Below, in pieces: positions 27,528 to 37,700 of a stretch of 47,697 nt of DNA. Source of the DNA: Eubacteriales bacterium (lineage in GTDB: Bacteria; Bacillota; Clostridia; Oscillospirales; CAG-272); assembly GCA_045659745.1 (NCBI GenBank), contig JAZRCL010000081.1:1-47697 (forward strand). The letters run 5' to 3'. The notes beneath the pieces were generated by a model. The model was not told the origin of the DNA. It saw only the letters and a program-made list of their open reading frames with translations, and searched no databases. Each line of letters begins with the position of its first letter. Within the stretch, counting starts at the first letter, position 1. Both the position numbers and the translations under genes were made by a program.

Positions 27528-27530
27528 GTG

Positions 27531-28658
27531 TTAATCATTATCATTACCCAATACAATGTTTGCGGGTACTATTATCTTTGTGTTTGATATGTCTGCTCCG
27601 TTCAGCGCGCTCTGCATCAATTTGATTGCCTCAGCACCTATTTTGTAGCTGTCCTGCATAATGTAGGTCGGGTGTCTGCCGGGGCTTGCGGTCTCGAACT
27701 GCATCGGGTTGAAATCCAGGTAAACTATCTCAAAACGGTGTTCATAAGGGTCACCGAGAGTGTTCAGCATTTTTGCCAAGTGAAGTCCACTGGAATAATC
27801 GGCGGTGATAATTGCGCTTATTTTGGTATTTGCGTCGAGAAATTCACGGAATTTATCACAGAAGGAGAGAGATGTCGGATCGGCGTCACCCTCAAATGAA
27901 TAGAAATACGGTCTGTAATTGTGTGCGCTGTAAAGTGAATTGATAAAGCTCTCCTTGCGCATTGAAAGCGAGGAATTTGTCTTTATATTTGCGTTAAAAT
28001 ACAGAATGTATTTATGGCCGGCCTCAAGCAGATGATTTGCGGCGAGCTTAACCATGCTTTCGTGATCTGTGGAAATGTATGGCAGGGAGAGACCGGGTAA
28101 AAGTCTGTCAACGAGTATCAGAGGGAAATTTTTTGTCGCAAGCTGAAGAATAGTAGGGTTGTATATCTCGTTATCAACCGGATAGAGAATTATTCCGTCT
28201 ACATGCATTGCAATATATTTGTCGATAAGCTCCTGCTCCTTCTGTAGCGACATTGAGGAGCTGTCAACTATTATCACTTCTTTTTCGTGCTTGTCGATTA
28301 TTGCCGCGAGAATGTTATTTATATGATGGCCTCCCATCATTTTAGGGATAATAACTGCGACCGTTTTGTTATCCTGGGGCACGGATTTTGGCATGTGATT
28401 ATTTGTGTGCAGTATGGAGAGTGCTGTCTTGAGAGGAATCTCGTTGTTTATTCTTGTGCCTCCGCGCTTTGAGCGTATGACAAGACTGTACTCTTCAAGT
28501 ATAGCGTACGCCTTTCGTGCGGTTATACGGCTGACACCTATATCTCGCACGATCTCCGCCTCGGTGGGGAGCTTATAATCCTCATCACCGTGGTGCTCGA
28601 TAATAAGCTTTGACAAATATTCAGTTACCTTTTTGTATAGGAATGTTTCTCTTTGCAT
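27531..28658 (-). CDS. AraR-like regulator (GntR wHTH + LacI-type sugar-binding domain)
   Basis: KLPTEAEI..IGVSRITARKA..L GntR HTH; VDGIILYP, PLILVDR and L..AGHK effector-domain motifs. Confidence 0.88.
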   Translation of the reverse strand: MQRETFLYKKVTEYLSKLIIEHHGDEDYKLPTEAEIVRDIGVSRITARKAYAILEEYSLVIRSKRGGTRINNEIPLKTALSILHTNNHMPKSVPQDNKTVAVIIPKMMGGHHINNILAAIIDKHEKEVIIVDSSSMSLQKEQELIDKYIAMHVDGIILYPVDNEIYNPTILQLATKNFPLILVDRLLPGLSLPYISTDHESMVKLAANHLLEAGHKYILYFNANIKTNSSLSMRKESFINSLYSAHNYRPYFYSFEGDADPTSLSFCDKFREFLDANTKISAIITADYSSGLHLAKMLNTLGDPYEHRFEIVYLDFNPMQFETASPGRHPTYIMQDSYKIGAEAIKLMQSALNGADISNTKIIVPANIVLGNDND

Positions 28659-28947
28659 TTTTTTACTACCTTAATGTATTGTTTTTATTAAAATTATATA
28701 CCATTATTTGATTTTTGTCAAGCGCGATTCGATAAAATTTGAGTTTATACAAGGGTAGTGTAATTGTGCGGAATTATTAGTTAATTAATATGAGAATGCG
28801 TAGACAAAAAAACACTAATTGTCTTTTGTCTTGTTTATGTTATTGTTATAAAACATTATTCTCAACACAATGGCTAAATGTTGTTAGATTTTGTTGTTAA
28901 TTTTACACGAACTTAAGCTCGTATTGTGTATGATGTACAAAAATCTG

Positions 28948-29026
28948 TTGACTTTGTAATGAAATTGTGGTAATATATAGGTGATAAATGTTATACTTGA
29001 AGAGTAAATGTTATGTAAGTATAACA
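28948..29026 (+). promoter_or_regulatory. Promoter of the sugar operon with putative GntR operator
   Basis: TTGACT(28948)-17-TAATAT(28971); downstream TAAATGTTAT repeats at 28985 and 29005; inverted pair TGTTATACTT(28989)/AAGTATAACA(29017). Confidence 0.6.
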
Positions 29027-29050
29027 AAATATACAGGAGGAGAATTAACA

Positions 29051-30697
29051 ATGAAAAAATCTTTCAAAAAAATTGCAAGAATAGCCTTGCTTGCAGTGTG
29101 CATTTCGATGATTGCTTCTTGCTTTGTGGGTTGTTTTGGCGGCGGCGACGATCCCGAGGAAGAAAAATACAAGGATCTCGTAAAGCTCACTATTGATGCG
29201 GGCGGCCAAAATGCACAGTATAATACAACGTCTTCCTTGGAATATGACAAGTTCCTTAATCCCTATCCTTACAATACACTTGAAACTCTCGTTAAAGCTT
29301 GGAACGAAGCTAATGCGGAGAAGTACGGCTATTACTTTGTAGTAGCTGATAATTCCATTAATATGGACAGAGAAACCATGGCCCCCATGCTTTCCAACGG
29401 TTCAGCTCCCGAGATACTTTACTATCTGGGAACAACTATTGCCGAGGACCAGAGCAAGGGTTGGTTTTATGATATTTCCTCCGCTATGGAAACGCCCAAC
29501 AAGTATTCCAAGCCCGGCGAAGCAGGAAGCGAAAAGTGGAAGGATATTTGGGATAGCACATCCTACGTAAGCACGTTTGCACCTAACGGTGAGAAATATA
29601 CGGTTGAGATGGAGCAGAACCCCATAGGCATTATTTATAATAAGACACTTTTTGAGGCTGCGGGCATTACGGAAACACCCGTGACTTACAAAGATTTTAT
29701 GGAAGCTCAGGATAAGCTCAATGCTTACGCACAGACAGTAAGCAGAGCAAATCCCAGCGATGACGCTACATATATTTGCCCTTACTTCCATATGTATCCC
29801 TGGTATGACTGCTATCTTGAGTCCACGCTTTGGGCAAGTGAGCTTGAATATATGGACGTAATTACAGTTGACGGCGGTGTAGATGCTGAAGAATATGCGA
29901 GAGCATATATGCAGAAGGACCCCGTGACAGGCGAAAGACGCTTCTCCCCTGAGGACGAGAAATACGTTGAACTCTTCCGTTTGATAAAGCAGATGACAAA
30001 GTATTACCCGACAAATTACAGCTCCTACTATGCTGAGCAGCAGTTCCTCGTGGGAAATCTTGCTATGCTTGAGGTAGTAGGCGGAAGCATTCGTGAACTT
30101 GTTGACACAGTTGACGGTGAATTTGAAATAGGCGTTATGCCTTATCCCGTGCTTACACAGCAGCCCGAGAATGAAGCAGATAACCCCTACTATACAACTT
30201 TCAATGTTGACAAATACGTTCGCAGAGGCTTTTCCGGTTATTCAACAGGTTGGGCTATTACAAACTCCGCTATGAATAAGGATAGTGAGGCAGGCAATAC
30301 AAACTGTGTAGATGCTTGCGTAGACATTCTTATGTATCTGAGTTGCTTCGAGAACAACGACAAGATGGTCAACGACCTCGGATTTGCAGTTCCTCTTTCC
30401 GGAAACACAACCAACCCGTATTTCCAGGCTCTTGCTGATACCTACAAGAGCGATATTGCAAACGAAAACACCGTATCCTGGTCCTGCGTAACGGCGGGCG
30501 ATACGATGAACAAGGACTACTACGATGCATTCTACCTCTTCAGACAGGATGCAATCGGACTTAGCCTGGCTGATATCGAGGGCAAGCTTCCCATTCTTAA
30601 AAACTCGTTTATCAATGCAGTAAACACACTTTATAATACAAACAAGTGGGACAACAAGGCTTGGCCCGCATACGGAACCTCTAACAAGGAAGGATAA
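29051..30697 (+). CDS. Carbohydrate ABC transporter solute-binding lipoprotein (CUT1)
   Basis: ATG follows AGGAGG; lipobox FVGC; GIIYNKTLFEAAGITETP.T SBP_bac_1-type motif; adjacent to permeases. Confidence 0.88.
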   Translation: MKKSFKKIARIALLAVCISMIASCFVGCFGGGDDPEEEKYKDLVKLTIDAGGQNAQYNTTSSLEYDKFLNPYPYNTLETLVKAWNEANAEKYGYYFVVADNSINMDRETMAPMLSNGSAPEILYYLGTTIAEDQSKGWFYDISSAMETPNKYSKPGEAGSEKWKDIWDSTSYVSTFAPNGEKYTVEMEQNPIGIIYNKTLFEAAGITETPVTYKDFMEAQDKLNAYAQTVSRANPSDDATYICPYFHMYPWYDCYLESTLWASELEYMDVITVDGGVDAEEYARAYMQKDPVTGERRFSPEDEKYVELFRLIKQMTKYYPTNYSSYYAEQQFLVGNLAMLEVVGGSIRELVDTVDGEFEIGVMPYPVLTQQPENEADNPYYTTFNVDKYVRRGFSGYSTGWAITNSAMNKDSEAGNTNCVDACVDILMYLSCFENNDKMVNDLGFAVPLSGNTTNPYFQALADTYKSDIANENTVSWSCVTAGDTMNKDYYDAFYLFRQDAIGLSLADIEGKLPILKNSFINAVNTLYNTNKWDNKAWPAYGTSNKEG

Positions 30698-30703
30698 TAA
30701 AAA

Positions 30704-31654
30704 ATGTCAAACAAAGACAGATCAGATAAAGGAAAGCTAAAGAAGTTCTTGCGCAAGAACAGAGGATATCAAGGACTCCTCTTTATATTGCCTGCGTTTA
30801 TTCTTTTGTGCGTCTTCTGTTTGTATCCTACGATAATGGCATTTGTAAACTCCTTTACCGATTGGGACGGCGGCTCGGGAGCCGAATTTATTTGGTTCGA
30901 AAATTACAAGCGCGTATTTGCGGATAGGCTGTTCTGGAAATCTCTTCTCAATGCCGTTATCCTCACGGTCGTTGGAATGATACTCGGTAACGCGGCATCA
31001 ATCCTTCTGGCTGAGCTTATGTATAATCTCAGGTCCAGAATGATGCCCATTTACAGATTTTTATTCGTTCTTCCTGCTATGATCCCCGGCATTATCGTGC
31101 TCCTTCTTTGGCAAAAGCTTGTTTTTTCGGGCTCGTCCGCGGGTCTTGCCAATACGATAATTTCAATGTTTGGCGCAAAGCCACTTGAATGGTTTGCAAG
31201 TAAGGAGACGTGGGTAGTATTTCTCAGTATATTCCTCTACGGATTCCCTTGGGTCGGCGGTACCTCGTTCCTCATTTATCTTGCGGGACTTAACGCCATT
31301 GACCGCAGCGTTATAGAGGCGTCGCAGATTGACGGCTTGTCCTTCTGGGGAAGGGTGTTCAGAATAGATCTTCCTCTTATCAGCGGACAGCTCAAGTACT
31401 TCCTCGTAATGGGCTTTATAGGCGGACTCCAGAACTATTCAATGCAGTATGCCATCACCAATGGCGGACCGGGCGAGGTAATAGATAGCATGCTGTCGGG
31501 AACGATGGTTCCGGGTTATTACATTTACAGACTTATTACCGGCTCTTCTAAGGAGGGCGCGTACGGATACGCTTGCGCGATGGGCGTTGTCATGTTTGTT
31601 ATTATAATGATAGTAACCATCATTAACAACAAGCTTATCAAGTCGAAGGAGTAA
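30704..31654 (+). CDS. Carbohydrate ABC permease (MalF-like)
   Basis: LFILPA, SFTDW, FIWFENY, EAA loop YLAGL.AID.SVIEASQIDG and YGYACAMG. Confidence 0.93.
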   Translation: MSNKDRSDKGKLKKFLRKNRGYQGLLFILPAFILLCVFCLYPTIMAFVNSFTDWDGGSGAEFIWFENYKRVFADRLFWKSLLNAVILTVVGMILGNAASILLAELMYNLRSRMMPIYRFLFVLPAMIPGIIVLLLWQKLVFSGSSAGLANTIISMFGAKPLEWFASKETWVVFLSIFLYGFPWVGGTSFLIYLAGLNAIDRSVIEASQIDGLSFWGRVFRIDLPLISGQLKYFLVMGFIGGLQNYSMQYAITNGGPGEVIDSMLSGTMVPGYYIYRLITGSSKEGAYGYACAMGVVMFVIIMIVTIINNKLIKSKE

Positions 31655-31657
31655 GCT

Positions 31658-32530
31658 ATGAGAGATGTAAAAATAAATAAAAAAAGAAAGAAGCTGACAG
31701 TAGGACAGGTCTTCTCCCATATCATCATAATCTGCTTGCTGATAATGGTGCTGTTTCCTTTCTACATACTGATTATCAACAGCTTCAAGGCCCCTGCGGA
31801 TATCCTGAAAAATCCTCTTTCATTTCCGGGTGCGGAAGATGCGAAGGTGATTACGGGCGCGTTCAAATCCGCTTGGCCGTATATTTCAAAATATATTCTG
31901 AATACCTTTTGGGTAGCATTTCTTGAGGTCTTTGGCGTATTGCTCTTTTCCAGCCTTGCGGCATACGGCTTTTCAAGATTCAAATTCAAGGGCAAGGACA
32001 CGCTTTTTATGGTGTTCCTGGCATTTATGATGATCCCAGGTATTTTGACACTCGCCACACAGTATTCTCTGGTATATTCAACTTTGAATCTGAAGCAGAC
32101 GTATGCGGGCGTGGTGCTACCTGCAATAGCGGGAGGTATGCCTGTAAACATATTCCTTATCAAGACGTTTTTGGATGGAATTCCTTCCGATATTTACGAA
32201 GCCGCCGAAATGGACGGCGCGAGCAAGCTGGGCTGCTATTTCAGGATAGCTATCCCGCTCAGCACTCCCATCCTCTTTACCGTGGGACTGTCAACACTTC
32301 TCGGCGCGTGGAATGACGTTATCTGGGCAAGACTTATCCTTTACGGAGCAGAGGACATGTACACCATAGGCGTCGGAGTATTTACCGTGTTTGGTTCAAG
32401 CGCAGCAAAGATACCCGATACAGTGATATATGCGGGATATTGTCTTGCATCATTGCCGCTTCTTATTGCGTTCTTCTTTACGTCAAAGCAATTTATTAAG
32501 GGGCTTACTGATGGCGCAGTTAAAATGTAA
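31658..32530 (+). CDS. Carbohydrate ABC permease (MalG-like)
   Basis: NSFK, LAAYGFSRFKFKG, IPSDIYEAAEMDGAS, WND and GLTDGAVK. Confidence 0.93.
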   Translation: MRDVKINKKRKKLTVGQVFSHIIIICLLIMVLFPFYILIINSFKAPADILKNPLSFPGAEDAKVITGAFKSAWPYISKYILNTFWVAFLEVFGVLLFSSLAAYGFSRFKFKGKDTLFMVFLAFMMIPGILTLATQYSLVYSTLNLKQTYAGVVLPAIAGGMPVNIFLIKTFLDGIPSDIYEAAEMDGASKLGCYFRIAIPLSTPILFTVGLSTLLGAWNDVIWARLILYGAEDMYTIGVGVFTVFGSSAAKIPDTVIYAGYCLASLPLLIAFFFTSKQFIKGLTDGAVKM

Positions 32531-32558
32531 TACGAAACAAACACAGCGAGGTGAAAAC

Positions 32559-33605
32559 ATGAAAAAATTAGCTTTACTTTTAGCTATTGTAATGCTTCTT
32601 GCGGCATTGCCGGGCTGTGAGAATATGCTTTCAACGCCTACGACTGATCCTGATGGCGAGCTTGTGCCTGTTGAAAGAGAGCTCCTCTTTGACAAGAATT
32701 TTGAGCAGGGAATCAAGATATCCAACCTAAACTCCCATCAGGTGGGTTATACCTGGTGGAAGTACGGTGAGTCGGGAGGCGAGGAGCCCTTTTGGTCGCT
32801 TGGTCAGTATTGCGATCTTTCCACAACGAGAGCAAATTACGATTCAACGAAAAATGACTTGTCATTGGGGAATGAGCTTTTTGACATTCCCGCATATGGA
32901 ATTGAGGGCGTTAACGGCGACTACTTTACCCTCACAAATGAATCCGGAAGCAAGTATATATCCGTAAACACCAAAACCGGTGAGTATAATCTTAACGTGG
33001 ACACCACAAAGGAGTACGTCAATCAAGAAACAGGCAAGCCTGTCGTTCGTAAAAACGGAGAAGATTGGGTGCACATGATAATTCAGCAAACACCCGGCGT
33101 GGTTTACCTAGACCAGGTAGAGTCCTTTATTATAGAGCTTGATTTCACGATAACGGAGAATATCGAATACGACAATTCGATAGGCGCTTCGCAGTTCCAG
33201 TGGATATTCTCGGTTCACGATAAGGAAAGTGTGTTGGGCGATTATATGTGGTTTAACGTAACGCTCTTTGACAATCGCTATGAGGTTTTCCCGGGCACAC
33301 AGCTTTATGACGGAGGCAAGGCAGACTCCACGGGCAAGTTCATATATGCACCTACGGGCGAGGAGCTTTTCCCCGAAAGCGGAGGTAAGGTAGAGGTAGG
33401 AAAGACCTATCACGTAAAGCTCGATCTGAAGGAATATATGAAGGCGGCCTTTGATCTTGCCAAGAGCAAGGGCGCTCTTGCTCAGTCCGAGTGGGAAAAC
33501 ATGGCGGTAAACGGTTTTAACATTGGTTGGGAGGTTTCAAACCTTGCCAAGGTTGGAGTTAAAATCGAAAATATGTCCTTGAGGGTGATAGACTATGAAA
33601 AATAA
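32559..33605 (+). CDS. Lipoprotein of unknown function, copy 1 of a shared ~300-aa domain
   Basis: ATG follows GAGGTG; lipobox LPGC; motifs shared with the genes at 33595 and 38378. Confidence 0.8.
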   Translation: MKKLALLLAIVMLLAALPGCENMLSTPTTDPDGELVPVERELLFDKNFEQGIKISNLNSHQVGYTWWKYGESGGEEPFWSLGQYCDLSTTRANYDSTKNDLSLGNELFDIPAYGIEGVNGDYFTLTNESGSKYISVNTKTGEYNLNVDTTKEYVNQETGKPVVRKNGEDWVHMIIQQTPGVVYLDQVESFIIELDFTITENIEYDNSIGASQFQWIFSVHDKESVLGDYMWFNVTLFDNRYEVFPGTQLYDGGKADSTGKFIYAPTGEELFPESGGKVEVGKTYHVKLDLKEYMKAAFDLAKSKGALAQSEWENMAVNGFNIGWEVSNLAKVGVKIENMSLRVIDYEK

Positions 33606-34707
33606 TTTGATCAAAGCTGTTGCTTTGATACTGACAATGGCTACAGGAGTAATTATGGTAAGCGGTTGCGATATTTTTAACGGTGCTTTGGAAACACCTA
33701 CAACGGAGAGACCCGATCTCACGTGGGAAGCGGTAACGGAAGGACAGTTGCTGGAAAGACCTAAATTTGACGAGGATGGCACAGTTGAGCTGCTCGACGA
33801 CCTCAACTTTTCCAGAGGATTTTCCGTAACACTCTTCCACGCAAATTCTTCTAACGGAAATCTTGCGGGCAATCTTGATTATGATGGCAATAAGGCGGAT
33901 GGAGACAGTGTCTGGCGTATGGCTCAGTGGGGCTGTACCAAGGATATGGCAACGGAAGGAGTTTTTGAGAGAGACGGTTCGGTTATTACATATAATGACG
34001 GAGCAAAATTTCTTCAAATTGATTCCGCAAAAACAGGAACTATTACGCTTGGAATAAAGGGAAGTGAAGAATATACAAGGGATGCGGACGGTAATATCCG
34101 TGAGCGTACCGACGGTGCCGAAAACTGGCCGCATATTCTTATTGAGCAGTCTGTAATGGCTGACACAAGCGATTGCAAGCATCTCTATATGGAGGTCGAC
34201 TACAAGGTGACCCAATGCGAGAGCCTTGTTGACAGAACGCTTTATCCCTTGAATACAAATCTGAATGCGGCTCAGTTCCAGTGGTTCATTACACTTACCG
34301 ATAGTAATCCCGATAGCGAAAGCTATGGAAATTCTATGTGGTTTGGCTTTTCAATGTTTGACACGCGTGCGCTTAACGACACACCCGGCGGTTTTGCGTC
34401 TTATGACGGGGGCAAAGAGGACAGCACAGGACTGTTTATCTATATGGTTTCTCTTCAGTCCGTTGCAGCACAGCAGAAAAATTCCGTAAACATTCCTACC
34501 GCGGTTATAGGTAAGGACGTAAGCGTTAAGGTGGATATTCTTCCTTATATCAAACAAGCTCTTAAAATTGCCCGTCAGAACGGCGCAATGATGGGAGCAA
34601 GTGCCGATCAGCTTGTAATCGGCAGTACAAATATTGGCTGGGAGCTTCCCGGCAACTATGATGTTGAGGTTGAAATATCCTATCTCAATATGTATAAATC
34701 GAATTAA
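33595..34707 (+). CDS. Lipoprotein of unknown function, copy 2 of the shared domain
   Basis: Lipobox VSGC; ENWPHILIEQ, AQFQWF, MWFG..FDTR, DGGKEDSTGLFIY and NIGWE. Confidence 0.8.
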   Translation: MKNNLIKAVALILTMATGVIMVSGCDIFNGALETPTTERPDLTWEAVTEGQLLERPKFDEDGTVELLDDLNFSRGFSVTLFHANSSNGNLAGNLDYDGNKADGDSVWRMAQWGCTKDMATEGVFERDGSVITYNDGAKFLQIDSAKTGTITLGIKGSEEYTRDADGNIRERTDGAENWPHILIEQSVMADTSDCKHLYMEVDYKVTQCESLVDRTLYPLNTNLNAAQFQWFITLTDSNPDSESYGNSMWFGFSMFDTRALNDTPGGFASYDGGKEDSTGLFIYMVSLQSVAAQQKNSVNIPTAVIGKDVSVKVDILPYIKQALKIARQNGAMMGASADQLVIGSTNIGWELPGNYDVEVEISYLNMYKSN

Positions 34708-34756
34708 TTATGGTGAGCCATATTAATTAATAAAATTCATTTTTTTGGAGGGAATT

Positions 34757-37700
34757 ATGAAAAAAAGAATTTTAGCGCTTTTACTTGCGTTCACAATGAT
34801 GATTTCATTATTCGGACAAATATTGGTATCTGCGCAGGACGAAACAGCTACACCCGTTTGGACAGCAAACGGCACAACTGTAACAGAAGGCGAAGACGGA
34901 TATTATAATGTTTCCGGCCTTCAGTATGACACAAGTGCGTATACGACCGAAAAGTACGTGCTTGACGGACTTACCGTTGAAATGAAGCTTGCTGACTTTG
35001 CGGCAAACATGGCAGCCGGCTTTGTATTCTCGTCTGAACCCGGCGCGAGCTACGGCACATCCAATGCGGTTGCTATGACGCTCTGGTTTGATCCTTATTC
35101 CATTGGTCAGTCCAGATTCCACGTAGGCGCTAATCACGACTACAATGGAGAAACTTACGTTTACAGGGATTCTCAAGGCGCTACAGGTCAGGGCTTTGGT
35201 CTTGACAAGACAATGGTTCTTAACAACGTAACAAACGCTGATATTAAGATCGAAATCAACTCTGAAAATGATATCGCCTATAGAGTTAAGTTTACAATTA
35301 TGCAGGATAACCTCCTTTGGGGCGACAATATCAACTATGCTGATGAAGTGGGCGGCGGACATTCTTGCACGTTCTATCTTGCAAAGGCTCAGTTTGCAAA
35401 CATTCTTGACGCAAACGGAGCGCTTTACGTTGCCGCAACAGGACTTACAGCGCCCAACTATAGCGTTAGAGTGACCGGAGTTACTGCTCCTGCTACCACA
35501 CCTGATCCTACACCCGATCCCGATCCTACACCCGATCCTGATCCTACACCCGATCCCGATCCTACTCCTGATCCTGATCCTACTCCCGATCCTGAACCTT
35601 CAGTTTCCACTATTGTAGGAACAACAGACAGTGACTGGAGCCAAAGCTTTAATACTCCCGCTGTATTGAAGTTTGCAGAAAACGGCTATACCGAAGTTTC
35701 TAACCTTAACGGCTGGGGAACACGTGCTCATTATAATCACCTTGTTAAGCTTGACGGACTTGAGCTCAGCTTCAGAGCCGCAACAAAATTCAAGGATTGC
35801 GTAGGTATAGTTTTGTCAAACGCGGCAGGCGCATATTTCACCGAGGCAAACACAATTGCTATCACATATTGGAACGATCCATTTGGCGCAGGACAGGCAA
35901 GACTTGCTTTTACTACCAATCACAACTATGAGAGTGAGCCTCTCGTTCACGTAGCTCCTGACCTCACATCTGCAAAGGGCTTTGGAGCCGACAAGTCTAT
36001 GGTAAGCAATGCTGCTGAAATAGTTGGCTATACAATCAAGATCGAGTCCTATAACGAAGAATTCTATTCTGTAAAGATCACAATGACTGATAGCGGTTTG
36101 TGGGAAATCAACGCAAACTACAACGCAGAAGATAAGAGCTGTACAGTATATCTTCCCAAGGCAGCGGTAGCAGGCATCCTTAACGAAAACGGCGAGCTGT
36201 ACGTTATGGCAGCAGGCTTCCCTGACGGTGCAAATCCCGCTCCCGCAGTAGAAGTGAAGATAGTTGATGACAACTATAGAGCTTATTTTGCAGGCGAGGC
36301 TGTAACAGGCGCGGTTGAAAAGTACGAGGCTTATGAGACAGCTGCAGGCGCTATCGTAGACGCAACCTCCTATGATGCGGCTATGACAGCAAGAGCAGAT
36401 GCACTTGCTTGTATCGGCGCACTCCGTTCAAGAGAGGCTGCTGAGCTTGCTCTTGCTATCTCTACAATTGATGCTGAGCTCTCAGCTAACGAAGAGATAG
36501 TTATTATCGTTAAAAAGGCAGTCACAGATAAAATTGACGCAGCTGTAGCTGCTTACGAGGCACTTATTGCTGATACGACGACACTCGCCGGCGAGTCTCT
36601 CGCAGCTGCGCTTGCTCTTACAGACGAAGCAAAGGCAGAATATGCAAACAGAGCGTCTATGCTCAGTGACGAAGCAAAGGCAGAGATTGAAGAATCAATT
36701 GCGGCTCTTGATTACGGACACGATTATTGCATAGGTCTTCTTTGGGTGACAACCTACGAAGCTATGATCGATGCTCTTGACGCAACAGATCCCGAAATCG
36801 TTAATGCTCTCGTTGATGTTAAGGCTTACAGAGCAGCATACGAGACAACAACAGCTTACACAAAGATCACCACAGTTCTCGACGAAGAGGACAGAGAAGC
36901 TCTTGAAGCAGCAATTGCAGCAGGCGACGCAGCAGTTGTAAATATTGAAACAGTAGTTCTTCCCCAGCTTAAGGAAAGCTATGTCAAGGCTATGGAAGAT
37001 AAGCTTGAAGCAGACCTTACAATCAAGCCTAATCTCGACGATGCTAAGACAGCATACGCAGAGATCGCAATTTACGTTACGATCACAGAAGATGACGGCG
37101 AGCTTTACAACCGTTATGTAGCGGGCTACAATGCACTTAAGGCAGCTTGCGAGGCATTCGTTCGTGCACAGATGGCAGAGGTTTCCGAGCTTCTTAAAAA
37201 GGAATACACCGTACTTGATGAATTTGTGCCTGTTCGCACAAAGTACAAGGCTATCAAGCTTGATTACCTTATGGAAGAAAACACAGAGATAGTAGCTGAG
37301 CTTGCTGAGCTTGAGCGCAACATTGTTGGAACCGTATTCTATTACATGAGTTCTACTAACGTTCCGTCTGTTGAACATAAGAACAACGGTATTGTAGTTG
37401 AGTCCACACCCGAATTCCCCTCACGCTTTAACTACAACAAGGCTATCAATCTCAAGACAGGAGCAGAATTTGTTATTGAGCTTACAAGCGCGGCATACTA
37501 CAATGACGGCACAAGCGCAAATAACCTTTGCTTCAACTTCTTGTCTGATCCTGATTCCTACAAGTCTATGAGCGACGGTATCTCCATTATTATCTGGCTC
37601 TATCCTACGGAATCCAACGTTCAGATTATGAACTACACCGATGTACCTCTTGCAAATAGCCCCATTGCTACTCCTCTTGACGGCGGCACGATCACCATTT

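Noticed and set aside
29051-32530. ABC importer lacking an ATPase gene
   Set aside because: Normal for Firmicutes CUT1 systems, which share a distal MsmX/MsmK ATPase
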